64,000 nt of DNA from Octopus sinensis (lineage: Eukaryota). A program made the translations under genes and the position numbers. The stretch covers positions 9,176,001-9,240,000 of the forward strand of contig NC_043025.1 of assembly GCF_006345805.1 (NCBI RefSeq), in the 5' to 3' direction. Below, piece after piece: positions 1 to 13,548 of this stretch (within the stretch, counting starts at the first letter, position 1; each line of letters begins with the position of its first letter). Below the pieces are notes generated by a model that saw only the letters and a list, made by a program, of their open reading frames with translations, searched no databases and was not told the DNA's origin.

Positions 1-2700
1 ACGTGGGAAAATGATGTTGGGCCTTTCATATGAAACAGAATCATCCGCAAAAGAGCACTCCTGATTCTTTGGGTGTACAGTGTGGGCACGACCGATCATG
101 TTTCCTTTGTAGATTACCTCGCCGATCTCATTGTCGATTCGCACACCTTGCCGCCGCCTTTGCCATTTTTTGCTAGTCCAAGTGAAGTAAACACGTTGCC
201 TATTTTCTAAGTGTATATCTAGGCCAAAAACAGATGCAGAGGACTGGTGCTTATCAAAACCTAGAATGCGCCATGCCGCCATATTGGACGAAATATTGAA
301 GGATTTCATCGTTGGCTGTCTCTTCATCCTGCACGCCCAAAGCAGCCATGTCGTTGCCCTTGTTTACATGTTTGTAAGGGAGAAAGGGCTGTAGGGAACA
401 ACCAAACCGTTGTTGATGGCAATGTCTTTGCTCTTTATCCTTTTTTGCGCCGAAATTCCTCCAAAGTCAGGGGCACATCGTCAGTAAATTGGGTAGCCAT
501 CAATACCAGTACATGTAACCCAGTTGAAAGCCGTGGGATAGTTCTTTGAACATCTATTTTTTTCCATACATGGAGAATTAGGATTCAAGACACCACAGGG
601 CCCGTGTATCACATGCGCCGACACTATTTGGAATACCTGCAAGTTGACATTAGGGTCAAGCAGCTCTAATCTTATCTATGTCCGCAGGTCTGATTATTTC
701 TTGACACCAAATCAGTATATGGGCGTGTGGAAGACCCCGCTTTTGCCATTCTACTGTGTACATCCACGCGTTAAGTTTTCTGTAGACAGCATCATGTTTC
801 AATAGCCATATTAATTTCTGCAATTTTTCATGGAAAACTCTGGCCACTAAGTCGTGTCTGTCGCATGCAGCCTGGCCCTCGAATAAGTTTTCCTTTATAT
901 CCCTCCAAGTTGAGTTGCACGTAAAGGTGATGAAGAGGTCAGGTTCGCTAAACTTACGGACATATGCCATGGCATCCTGTGTCCGCTAATGCATATACCG
1001 TAGAGACCCGGTATGGCTGGAAGGAAGTATCACCGGAAGGCCAATGTTTCTTGCATTACCATACAGCTGGACATGAACGGTAAGATATCGATCTTTTGAT
1101 TTTGACGACTATAAAGAAACCTTTCCCTTTCAACCTTGGCAAACATGTCAACCAAGAATTGATTTGTGACTTCCTTGTACCGTAGTAGTTGGTTGAACTG
1201 ACCTTCTCTGACCATAAGATGGAAGGCATAGAATTACTTGCAGGAAACAGCCTTGGTTAATTCAGCACCCGTGATTGGATCAACATGGCGTTGGTGAAAG
1301 CTGTAGCCATCCTCTCCAAAGGGGAAACAGTAGGGGGTACTGCAGGCAGTCGTATGACCGATGGGTTTCCGAAACAAAGGACAGTCGGCTATAGCAGTTC
1401 TGGAAGACATTATCACGCTTGCCATTTTCTTCGCCGACTATGATTGCTGCAACCTTGTGGGTGGTTGGAGCATTGAAACGTCGCGGGTGCTCACCAGCAG
1501 GTCGCCTGTCAGCTTTAATTATCAATTTTAGCTCAGGTTGGGCTTCCAAAAGCTGCAACGCATCATTCTTCAATTCGTTGACATAAGGGTGTGTTGCATG
1601 AAGCATATGTTGGAGTTCAGCAACAATTGCTGCGTCAACATCTGAATTTCTGTTGCACCGTTGGATACCTTCTGCGTTTGAACAACCCATGAAGAAAATC
1701 TGAAAGAACTTGGGTTCCTTGGTAGGCTGAGGATAAAGACTTCCCATGCGATGATAACATTGACCATGGATCTTGAAGGCGTAATGCAACTCCTTCTTTT
1801 TGTTTGCAGGATTAACCGCCAAATTTCCATCAATATTGACGTTGTTGATGTTATGTTTGTCGTGGATGTTCTTTACGCTAAAAGAGGTCATAGCGAAGCA
1901 GGAGTTATATCTCCAAATGCCTTTTCGGAATTTCTTGGCGTACTCGGAGCTATTGAGGAGGAGATTTTTCAGAACTTCAGGTGGATCTGCGAGCGGCTGA
2001 AATCGAACCTTGCCTCCGGAACAACAAAGACCAGCTGCCTCACCAGCCCACTACTTAGCTTGACAAAATCGGCATTCCCTGTCCCTTTTACCAAGACTCA
2101 CGTCCGGGTGATTGGAGAAATCATCAGCAGGACTGTATCTGAATCCAGCTCTCATCCAAAATGCGCCTCTTGCAGCAGCAACATTTCTTTGACGTCGTTC
2201 TGCCAACCTGTTTTCCATAGCCTCCGATGATTCCTGAAGACTTGATCTCTGGCGTTGACTATGTTGGGCAGCGGGGCGGGCTTCTCTTGCTTCAGCAGGC
2301 TCCTGAAGGAGTGAGCGTTGATTATGACTACGCTGGGTGGCAAGACGAGCCTGCCTTGCTTCTTCTGACTCCACAAGGAGTGGGCGCCGATTTCGAATAC
2401 GCATGAAAGCAAGACGGGCCTCTCAAATAGTGAGCGTTGATTACGACTACGCTGGGCAGCAACACGGGCCTCTCTTGCTTCTGGTGTTTCCTGAAAGGAA
2501 TAGTAGAGGACATATGAAAGTGCAATATTGAAATGGGATACAGGAGAATGTGTAGAAGCAAAATCGAAATATGAATGTTGAAAAACGTACCTGTGAACGC
2601 AACTCCTTTTTCGCTGTTTTAGGAGGGCATTCCTTTTGGAACAGAGCATTGATTGTTTTCTGTTAGGCATTATCTGTAAAGATGGTTTTTACTGAGGCAA
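1..2700 (-). mobile_element. Helitron, decayed N-terminal and Rep portion (continues off the left edge)
   Basis: Broken frames give the charged N-terminal repeats (EAREARLAAQR), a Zn-finger-like CRFCQAK...CC, FKIHGQCYHRMGSL, Rep motif 1 (PDLFITFTCN) and the HUH motif YTVEWQKRGLPHAHILIW. Many frameshifts and stops. Confidence 0.93.
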
Positions 2701-3910
2701 ACGTCATGAGATTTTTTGAAGAAGCAAAAAATAATTGCAACGAAAGTATAGTTTTTTTTTAATCTGTGTCTGAAAGTGAAACGTTAATGTTTTTGAACGA
2801 AGTATTAATCTTTATCTGTTATTATAGGTGGAAATGTATAACGATAAATAAGAAAAAAATAGTGAAATGTTTCAAAAAAAGCATGCAGCTTTGAAGAAGA
2901 TATATGAAATGGACGCGTGTGTGTGTGTGTTTCCGGCTAATTTGGCAGGACTTTTGCAGTCAGCAAGAGGTGGTTTGTGTTTATCTCTGGAGTGGAATTG
3001 TTAATTTGTCTGTAATAGCAATGCCCGGACAAGTGAAAATATCTTCGCAGAAAACAGCTTCAGGAGTTGTGAAGAAAGAATTTGTACGTAGTCTGTTTGT
3101 GAGAACTATTCTGTTGGGCCTCCGTCTAGTCCCGTCTTTTAATGTGAGGTCATGGTAGAGAATTTTTCGATAGTTGATTTATGGAAAAGATTATGTTAAA
3201 TTTTTGAAATGCAAATCTGTGAATGAAAATTAAGATCAGACGTCTACATGGTAGGTAGACCTAGTAGAAATAGCAGCCAAATCTCCCTCAAAACACCTTA
3301 CTGTATTAATCCAACAATTGTTCGTAATATGTAGTTTCAAGGTGAAAAGGTAACTAAAGATGAAGATAATTAACCCCACATTGAGGTGAAAGAAGAGAGA
3401 CAGGATAGGGAAAGTTTTAGCTGACTCATCCTGTAGTCCCCTTGTTGCTAGCGGAAAAGTATATGGTGGCTGTGTGAACAACTGGTTGTTTTAATGGAAG
3501 AACAAAGTGGGGAAGACGTTTTCTCGGTAAGTATGGGTGCTATGAAAAAAATAGAAGAGGCAGTAAGAAGTTGACGTTAAGAATTGTTTTAACAGTTAGA
3601 AAATGTTTGACATTTCAATCATCACCAAAAATTGAAGCTGTAAGAATTTACAGGCAAATTGTATGTAAGAAATAAAGCAGAAAGGATTTTTAACTATACT
3701 GCAAAAGTTCTGCAACTTAATAGCAGACGTATCCAATTTAAGAAAAGTGAAGATAAAAGCTAAGTGGAAAATTATGGAAGAAGTCATTGGTATACGCTTA
3801 TAAGAAAAATAGACACGTACCTTTTTTAGAGAACGAAAATGTATCTGAGAGCTATTGTATTGGACGTCAGTGTAATCAAGAGAGCAGAAATTGAAAGAAA
3901 ATATATGAAA

Positions 3911-3990
3911 CTAGCAGAGATATCCGGCGTTGCCCGGTTACATTCAATTGAAGAATTAGACTTTTCTGTTATATATATATATATATATGG

Positions 3991-4040
<50 letters not shown>

Positions 4041-6926
4041 GTGTATATTAATATAAATACATGAAAGTACATGAAGTTTGTTAAAAAGAGGGATCATGTA
4101 TATTCCTCCTGGCTGTTGAGATTATAACACCTCATTGTAAACAATGTTCCTTGTTTTCTCTTGTGGAGGATATACAAAAAGGTTTCTTTTGGCTCCTACT
4201 CTTGAGCAGCCAACATACAGTTGCCCATGCGAGAAGCCGGGCTCTTCCAAGAGAAGACCAGCTACAGAGAGGGTTTGACCCTGAGATTTGTTAATGGACA
4301 TGGCAAAGCTGACACGAAGGGGAAATTGCAGTCTTCTGAATGTAAATGGAATTTCTGCTCCTGATGGAGTAAGAGGAATTCTTGGAATAAAGACGTCATC
4401 ACCTTTTCCAAATCCAGAAAGAATGATCGCCTCGATAAGGTGTGACATGATTTTTCTTTATCACCAGTCGTGTTCCATTGCAAAGTCTTGGTGGTTCCAG
4501 ATTGCGGATTAGCATTACAGGAGTTCCAACTTTAAGTGCTAATATGTGTGGAGGTAGTCCAGGAGGCTCCTGTGAATTGAGAAATTCAGGAGGATAGTTC
4601 ACAACTTCATTTATATCTAGAATTGTATCAACAGACTTGTAAGTGTGTATTGTGCCGGGAAGAGAATGCATTAGCTGTTGATTGATTTTGTTAACAGCGA
4701 CGTTTTTTGGAGCTAATATTGCTCTTTCACACAGCCAATTGTGAATTTGGTAGTTTTGTGTGAAGTTGGGAAAGACTTTGTTTTTTAGGTCTTCTACATA
4801 ATTAACAAGAGAGAAAAATGACCACACTTCCATTTGTCCTGCAGCATCGAGAGGCATCTTGCCTTCACCAAGTGTCAAAATGTCCTGTGCAAACTTTGTG
4901 GACATTTTGTCGCCGTGTAGCTGAGCTCTCATGTTAGTGGTGAGACACGATTGTAACATGATGCCACAGGGTAGAGGACTTTAGAGTTTGCCTGAAATCA
5001 CCTGACTACAGAAGCGTTACACCTCCCATTGGAGCCTGACAGTCTCGGATGTCTTTCGGGGCTCTATCTAATGCTTCCAATATCTAATGAGCCATAGTGC
5101 AGACAATTAGATGACACATTTTAAGTACTTTCCCTGATCTGAGCTTTTGTTGATGTTGCATGAAGGCATTTCGGATGCTGCTAAATTGAGAGGGAGTTTA
5201 AAAGTTGAGTATGCTGTCCTGCCACCGGGTAACAATATAGCTGCAATGCCAGAGGAGGCTACAGCTAATGCAATGTACTGATGCTGCCTAACTTCTGCAA
5301 GGAGAAGATTTGTAATAAATGTTTTTCCTGTCCCTCCAGGAGCATCGAGGAAGAAGATTCGTCCATCACGTTGGCGTACACTGTTAAGAATAGTTCTGTA
5401 GGCCTGCTGCTGGTCCGGAAGTAATGTAGGCTCATTTTCAACAATGTACTTTGAAAGCGCTTGGTGTCATAAGTTGTTTCACGAATGACAGCAGTGGGAA
5501 GGCTATTTGACCCTTACCTGAATGCTTGTGGCAGGCCATAAGTCGACAATTCATTTTCACCCAGTTTAGCAATTCTGTCTTCAATGTCAATGAGTGTTTT
5601 GTTATAGATTTCATTGCTGATACCCTCCGTGTTAAGATAGAGCTGTTGAGCTTGGCGCTGAAGGGGACAATGTTTTTGAAATTCCGGTTCGAATGTAAGG
5701 CAGGTTTGAAAGTGTTCCCAACAGTTATTAGTTGTAGTGGTAGAGTATTTAGGCCGAATATGTACGTATGCATGTATATATATATGTATGTATGCCTGTA
5801 TATATGTACAAAATCCACTGAGAAGGCTTTTGTTGGTCTGAGGCTACAGCAGAAGACACATATCAAGTCACCACACAGTGGGACTGAACCCAGGACCATG
5901 TGTTTGGAACGTAGTTTGTTACCACACAGCCACACCTGCCCTTATGTATGTGTGTGTGCGTATGTTTGTATGGGTAGATATATTATGCATGTACATATGT
6001 GTATATATATGTGTACATATTATATGTACATCTATATATATACATCTACACATAAAATACAAAATATAAAGTTATATCTTGATATCGCTAGTGATAACAA
6101 TACTCAAAATATATAAGAGACTGGAATTGTAGGCCTGTCTCTTGCAATTTCGATCAATTGGATCTTGTCCTCCCTCTTGTATAGAAGTGTACGGCTGTAG
6201 CGAAATTCATTTTTGGACTTTCTCCTATCGAAGGCATTTTAACAAAAATGCTTCCGTAAAGATGGTGAAAGTATTGTCAATTTCCCCAAACAGGAACACA
6301 ATTCAATTGTTAAAAATAACCAAAACCCTTCTCCGAAAGGGAGAGGGTTACGGTTTACAATTATTTAACAAATGCAACACAACAACATTTCCTTGACGAG
6401 GAACCAACAAACGTGATTACAATAGTCAAACAGTAATAATAATAGCAACAAACCTTTTTAATTTATCCCCATTTATGTGAAACCACTTATTCAAGTTCAA
6501 GTCATTAATGCAATTTTATACGAATTGCTAATACACACACACACACATAATAAGGGTGCAAAATTGAATATTAATTTAATATGAATTGAAAATCAGTGGT
6601 GTAGCATATAAGACCATAGCGGATCTTCTTCTAGCAAAATGGATGACCACTGTTAATGGTTGATCCCTATTATATAATACCTTCACTTTAATAGTTTCAG
6701 TATTAAAGTGAAAGTGCCTGCATTACAATAAAGAGATGTTTTTGTTTCACTTTTAACACGTAATACTGAAATAGTGGAGAAGATATGATATTGCTGTGGG
6801 GTCGCCTTAGACCTTAAGTAAGGCATGTGTAAAATTTGAATGAAATTGGTTGTGTAGTTCTCAAGTTTTAGGAAAACACACAGACGGACAGACAGACACA
6901 CATTCTCAGTTTTATATAGAGAGAGA
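3911..6926 (-). mobile_element. Helitron with both termini, internally deleted (linker plus PIF1 helicase only, no Rep)
   Basis: On the minus strand the 5' end is A|TCTCTCTCTATATAAAACTGAGAATGTGTGTCTG (6926). The 3' end is the hairpin CCGGGCAACGCCGG plus ATATCTCTG-CTAG|T (3911). Helicase remnant at 4122-5760 with DAPGGTGKT, LCNGTRL, FAMSINKSQGQTL and HGQLYVGCSRV. Confidence 0.9.
5805..5942 (-). mobile_element. tRNA-derived SINE head (octopus OK/OR-like) inserted in the Helitron
   Basis: Reverse strand has the A-box-like TGGCTGTGTGG and B-box-like GGTTCAGTCCC, followed by the shared body seen at 13555-13721. Confidence 0.75.
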
Positions 6927-7210
6927 TGGACGTGTGTGTATGTGTGTGTTTTTCCGGCTAATTTGGCAGGATTTTTGCAGTCAGCAGGGTGGGGTGGAGG
7001 TGGGGGGTTGTGTTTATATCTGGAGGTTTAGAAAGGGGTTCTTTTGAAGTCCTTGTGAAAGCGAAAGAAGCAGATACAGGACCTCTATATTTAGCCCCTT
7101 TTGAACAACAAAGAAATAAGATACAGGATGATTGTATGAGTGAACGTCCTTTGAAGTTGGCGTGAAGCGGAAGAATTGGTGCGTGCAGTGTGTGTATGAG
7201 AGTATGTGTA

Positions 7211-7256
<46 letters not shown>

Positions 7257-7513
7257 CGTGTGTATGTGTTGGATGGGGTGTGCGGAGTGAGTAACATAGA
7301 AAAGTAGAGAAAGGTTATGTATGTTGGCGGGGGAATTCCATTAAAAACGTTTTAATCGATTTTCTTGGTAACTATAGGGGATAGGAAAAACTACAAACTG
7401 CATTTCAATCTATGCACCCGTCTCCACATGTGTGCCATATTTCACGCGAATCCACCCAGCCGTTTGGCTGTGAACATCAAGACAAGAAAGAATACAACGC
7501 TCGACCATGTCCA

Positions 7514-7606
<93 letters not shown>

Positions 7607-7630
7607 AACATATATATATATATATATATA

Positions 7631-8024
7631 CTAGCAGTATCGCCCGGCGTTGCTCGGGTTTGTAAGGGAAATAATTATATAAGCATTTTTAGAGATGTAA
7701 AGTATAATAGCCATCTCAATATGGCTAACCACAAAGGGGAGGGGTGTTACTGTAGCTTTTTACGTTCTGAGATTTAATAATAAATTTTAGAGAGTTACTT
7801 CCCTTATATATGTCAAAAATGAATTAAAAATGGGAAAAATTGATGGTAAATTTTTTTTTAAATCGTAGACTCATCGTAGACGCGCGCTAATACCCAGACG
7901 GTCTCGATATGAATCACGACTATAAGATACCCGGTTTTGGTTAAACTGCACCGCAAAATGTGGGAGTAGTTAGGAATCTAAATCGTAGGAGACAGACACA
8001 CAACCTCACTTTTATATATAAAGA
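7631..8024 (-). mobile_element. Complete 394-bp non-autonomous Helitron
   Basis: Minus strand A|TCTTTATATATAAAAGTGAGGTTGTGTGTCTGTC ... CCCGAGCAACGCCGGG-CGATACTG-CTAG|T. No TSD. Termini resemble those of the 3911-6926 element. Confidence 0.85.
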
Positions 8025-8087
8025 TTTCCTCTATTTACATAATATTGAGGTCTCTTTCTTTCTTTTGTTATCTTACTGTTTTTACCA

Positions 8088-8140
<53 letters not shown>

Positions 8141-8200
8141 CAGAGATGTACTTGCATAGCAAGTGACTTGATCTGAGATCGTGTGAGGGAACGAAAACAG

Positions 8201-8458
8201 TTGCAGCGTTGAAGGTGTTTATAAGCCATTTAAGAAACACACAAAACCGTTAGATTCACTTCAACATTTAAATTTAATTTGTCAAAATATTTTCGTCGCT
8301 TTGAGACCGCGACCTGTTAGCACGATATTTTTGTCAGTGAACAGGTCGCGGTCTCAAAGCGACGAAAATATTTTGGCAAATTAAATTTAAATGTTGAAGT
8401 GAATGTAACGGTTTTTGTGTGTTTCTTAAATGGCTTACAAACACCTTCCACGCTGCAA
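8201..8458. repeat. Fold-back inverted repeat, ~118-bp arms with a 21-bp spacer
   Basis: 8201-8318 (ttgcagcgtt...cgcgacctgtt) is the near-perfect reverse complement of 8340-8458 (aacaggtcgcg...cgctgcaa). Confidence 0.9.
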
Positions 8459-8519
8459 TATATATATACACACATATATGTATGTATGTATGTATGTGTG
8501 TATATGTGTATGCATGTAT

Positions 8520-8750
8520 GTGTGTGTGTGTGCGTGTCTGTGCTTGTGATTGTCCTCCACCACTGCTTGACAACGAATGTTGGTTTGTTTACATCCCTGT
8601 CACCTAGTGGTTTGACAAAGGAAACAGATAGAATAAGTACAATGCTTACGAAAATAAAACTGGAGTTGATTCATTAAACTACAATTCTTCAAGGCATTGC
8701 CCCAGCATGGCCACAGACCAATGGCTGGAAAAAGCAGAAGAATAAAAGAA
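8520..8750 (+). mobile_element. SINE 3' half (same family as 13320-13721)
   Basis: gcttgacaac...gtttacatccctgtcacctagtggtt...gatagaataagtac...gccccagcatggccacag matches the body of the other SINE copies. Confidence 0.7.
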
Positions 8751-8809
8751 TACATTCTCTGCTTTGGTCTTATGTTCAAGGCATGAGAAAGCTTGAGTTT
8801 ACATGAGAA

Positions 8810-9090
8810 GGCCTAACAGACCTGGTAGAAACAGCAGCCAAATCTCCCTCAAATCACACCTTACATCTTATGTATGTATATATATATGAGCCAATGAGGG
8901 GGACCTCTACATGGTAGCTAGACCTGGTAGAAATAGCAGCCAAATTTCCCCCAAATCACACCTTACTGTCTTATCTATGTATATATGTATGTATGAGCCT
9001 ATGAGGGAGACCCCTACATGGCAGCTAGACATGGTAGAAATAGCAGCCAAATCTCCCTCAAATCACACCTTACTGTCTTATCTTTCTGCT
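8810..9090. repeat. Tandem array (~105-110-bp unit, about 2.5 copies) of a dispersed repeat
   Basis: acatggtagctagacctggtagaaatagcagccaaatctccctcaaatcacaccttactgtctta is repeated. Dispersed copies lie at ~3243-3310 and ~18380-18445. Confidence 0.8.
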
Positions 9091-9616
9091 ACTTGGATAT
9101 AGGTGTTATATTCGTCGTAAAAAACTTTCCTGTCACACACTCACGCACACGCACACACACACACACACACGCACCCTCACACACACACGTGCACACACAC
9201 ACACACTCACACACACGCACGTTAGCTTACAATTTTATTTATATATTTGCGTGTCTATGTGTTGAAAGAGGAAGTGGGAGGCAGAGTGAAAGAATCACTC
9301 ACTACAGTAAGTGAATTACTATCATTTTATTCGTTGCCCACTGTATGTGTGCGTTTGCGTGTGGTGTAAACCAGACTAAGAAAAGCATTTGACACACACA
9401 CCAGAATGTGAGTTTTCTGTAAATTTTGCTTAATTGGAGTTTAAATTTTAAAAACTGGACCTGGCATGACGCGATGCATTGTACTCTTAAAACTGCTAGG
9501 TAAATTGTAATTGAAGAAATCCTATATTGTAGATTTGTATAACTCCCAAAGGGAGGCAGATAAAATCTGCCTTTTATAATAAGATATATATATATATATA
9601 TACATATATATAAACA

Positions 9617-9650
<34 letters not shown>

Positions 9651-10789
9651 CATATATATATATACATATATACACATATATATCTATATATATGTGTGTG
9701 TGTGTGTGTATGTATGTATGCATATGGCATATGTTTTATTTATTAAATTGTTATTATATGATTGAACGACACGCGTTGTTTCTTCTCCTTCTCCAAGTAA
9801 GTTTTTATTTCAATAATTATGACGCGCACTCTTAACTCTTTACTTGACCTTCCCTCCCCGTCTGTCTTCCTCTCTACCTGTCTCTCTCCTTATTTTTCAC
9901 CCTTTCTGGTTTATTTTTCTCTCTTTCTCACTCCTCCTCCTCTCTCTGGCTTCTTTTCCTCTCTCTCTCTCTCACTCCCCCTCCTCTCTCTGGCTGCTGA
10001 CCGGAATGCTACTAAACTTTCTTTCCGCCCGCTGCTTTCAACAAGCCAATATCGACTTCTGTTTTTCGCAAGCCGATTTTTCAGAATGCGTTCTAACGAA
10101 TTTTTCCACAGTCTAGCCCTTATTGTTGGTTTCCTTGTCCTGTTATTCTTTACTTGTACTGTTTTTCTATATTTGTATTGCTTTTACGTCCTGTTCTTGT
10201 CACTTGTTTTACCCCTCTGCAGAAGAATTTTATTTAATTCATTTTGCAGGAAGGACTGCTTCGGCCGGATCGTGTTCAGCCCTTACCTTCGAAACATGCA
10301 TTGAGTCGAAACAGGGGCAGCTGATGAAGGGGCATTTTTCTTCTATTGTTTGTCTTGTACCCTGTTTTTTGTTGTTAAAAAAAGTCCGTTTCCTTGTTTA
10401 ATTTTGTTTTCGTTTCTCGTTGTGTTCTACGTTTATTTGTGGTGTCTTGTACACATGTACACATATATACATATATGTATGTATGCATATGTTTTATTTA
10501 TTAAATTGCTATTATACATATATACATATATAAATATTCTTTTATTCTTTTATATGTTTTAACCCTGTGGCTGTGTCGATGCTGGGGTCCCACCAGTGTA
10601 AGCACCTTTCGACTGGCCCTGTTTATGGGATTGGCCTTTGGTGAAGGACGGAGTTAGCTTTCGATTCACTCATTTGAGTTTCCTGCCCTGATATTTGTTC
10701 ATTTGGTATCTTGGATAGCAAGCGCTCATGTTGTATCTTGAATCATCTACACCCCCTACATGGAGATACCTCAGATGTGTTGGCAAGGC

Positions 10790-11040
10790 GTTAAAAATTG
10801 TGGCACTTGAACTCCAAACTATTGCCGTAACTTCCTAGATGTCACCCTAGATCTACAAAGCCAAATTTTCTACCCATGCCATAAACTTAAGGAGAACCTC
10901 AACTACGCCGACTTTTCCCCCAACCACAACGCCAGTTCTCCTAAACTCTATCGTAGATATCGTATCCAAACGGGTTTCATCACTGTCCGAAGTAAGGAAA
11001 TATTAGAAATGAACGGGATAGTATAATATTTACTTCTCGA
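10790..11040 (+). mobile_element. Decayed Penelope-like RT fragment
   Basis: NFLDVTLDLQSQIFYPCHKLKENLNY is the PLE RT C-terminal FLDVTL motif. Paralogous to 30520-30700. Confidence 0.7.
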
Positions 11041-12074
11041 CACAAATTATGCAATTCATATTCTAAGTACAAATAACAACAATCCCCCACCCACCCCTAT
11101 GTCATCCCCTAACTAACTCCCTTGCACCTCAACTGATATATTGCTCCATATATCTATGCAGTAAACAACTTTTTATCTACCTTTACATTTCTTAAACATT
11201 TTATTGTTTTATTTTATAATTCCCAACCTGTTTTCCTTACCGTTTATACGTCATAAATTTTCTTAACTATTCTCTCTCTACACACATCCCTCAGTATATG
11301 ATAATATACAAAGACCCAGGCACGCGTACACAACTACTAGATTCTACAGACGCACACCATATACGCGCGTGTGAACTAATACACATTCACATAATAATCT
11401 CAGATGAAAGCTACTACTACTACTATCTCCCATTTCACTCGTCGTCCATAGATTTTAAAGCAAAATTAGTTCTACCAACTCGACGAGCAAACCGTGGTCT
11501 ATTATTTTACAACGTAAATACACTATCTTCCGTATTCCTCTCCTTCAAACACCACTCTATCCACTTCAAATACTACACCTATATTTTTGTCCTTTAATTC
11601 TGTTTTAAATGGCTATATATAATGCTACAATATGTTTACTTATCTATTCTACAACGGACCCGTGAATGACTCGGGAATACGTGCATAAGGCAACTCGCCA
11701 GCCAATTTCCATATCAAACCTCGTCTTCGTACACTCCTTAATCAGTAACAAACGTTCTCATTCTTATACATATGATTTCTTGTATTTGCATTTTCCTTCA
11801 ACACAACTGTTTTCCTCCCAAAGTGTCCTTTCTTTGCATTTTGATCAAATTCCCAGCGAGTTTACACGGGGATTCTAACGAAAATGTAAACTTCACATAA
11901 TCAAGATACCCTTTGACTGAAGAGTAGTTTGTGGTATGCCCCATGTTAGGATAATATGCTACTTCCGTGGTTCTCTTAGCTATGAAGCTTATGTAGCCTG
12001 GATTGCATCTACGCCATTCCCTAATTATTGAACACACACACACACACACATACGCATATATGTATATAATCTAG

Positions 12075-13230
12075 ATAAATATCCCTTGGTTGCCGAGCGT
12101 ATCCCACAACAGAATATTTTGGTATACTTTTGGTACAGCATTCCCACATAAGATACCTTTTCTACGTTCTGGTGAGGATTTTCCATTTTTTTTCACCTCA
12201 ACGTTGCAGATGATGCCAGGAAGCTCTTTAAAAGTTGTTTTAATGTGTTTTTCACATCCCCTATCCCAACCGGTACCGATTTTGGCCAATGCTTTTGAAC
12301 GACGCATTTAAAAAAGTTTTAAATGAAAAATTTGCGAATTCAGTGACCACCATTATAATCCACACTTTCTTTCTTTTCAAACGAAAAGTGAAACGTAATT
12401 TAAGAACAATGGCAACATTTTAAATAGTTTGTTCGGTAACCTTTCATATTCTCATAACGATGTTATTTTTCCTACAGCTTTTGCATTTTTTGTCCGATTT
12501 TGATGAAAATCGATGAGTGAGCGAGGCTGACAACACAAGTTGATCTCAGTATATGACGTTGAAAAATCTCTAATTGCGCCAGAGCAGTGGTTTTCTAAAA
12601 TCAATAGGTGTTTAGCATGCAAATACTAGTAGGGGCTTTATTTTTGGCCGTAAATTTCATATTTTTTTATCCGATTTTAATGAAATTTGAGATAGAGGTA
12701 AATGTTTGGTGGGGGAGACAGAAAAGGTATTTATTTAATTCAAAATGGCTTGAAATAAGCATAAATGCAAATAGGCATTTTCTTAGACACATTCTTATGG
12801 ATTTCGTAGAAATTTTACACATAATGATAGTTTTTGTGTATTAGCTGATGCCAGCATGAAGAGTTGACAAAGAATCGATATCTGCGCGTGTGCGGAGAAT
12901 TTTAAGAAATCAATAGGTTTTTTGCATGCAATCACGCATAGGCTTAATATTTTATACAGTAACTTTCACAGAATTCATCCGATTTTCATGAACTTTGACT
13001 TTTAGGTAAAGTTTAATGTCGGAGACATGTAGAAGAATTAAAATTAAACTAGTCCGAGGCGGAAATCTTCAAATCATTCACAATAAAATAATGGACTGAT
13101 TTTCAATAAAATTTAAACCGTGAGCAAAATTAAGCACTTCGACGTATGAAACATCTGTTATTCATATAATGTACTAAGATTTAAATGTCAATGGGATATT
13201 TTCGTGTAAATGGTCACATGGATTCTGTTT
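12075..13230. repeat. Unclassified dispersed repeat with an internal ~300-bp duplication
   Basis: 12190-12420 recurs at ~33160-33390 and ~47140-47370. aaatcaataggt...atccgatttt occurs twice (~12600 and ~12910). Confidence 0.5.
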
Positions 13231-13319
13231 TATGATATTACCTTACCATTTTTCTTCGGATTTTGCTGAGATTGGACACACTGATCAATTTGGTACCGAG
13301 AGTGGCATTAAGGGGACAG

Positions 13320-13492
13320 AGATAAAGAAACATCGATCAAATCGACCCCAGGACTTACTCTTTGTAAGCCTAGTACGTATTCTATCGGTTTCTTTTATCG
13401 AACCGCTAAGTTACGTGGACGTAAACACACCAGCATCGGTTGTCAGGCGATGTTGGGGAGACAAACACAGACACACAAACATATACACACAC

Positions 13493-13548
<56 letters not shown>

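Noticed and set aside
10255-10335. GAAAC...CTGATGAAGGGG hammerhead-like words in a CT-rich, PLE-3'-like region
   Set aside because: Could not build stems II and III with a UH cleavage site in any topology.
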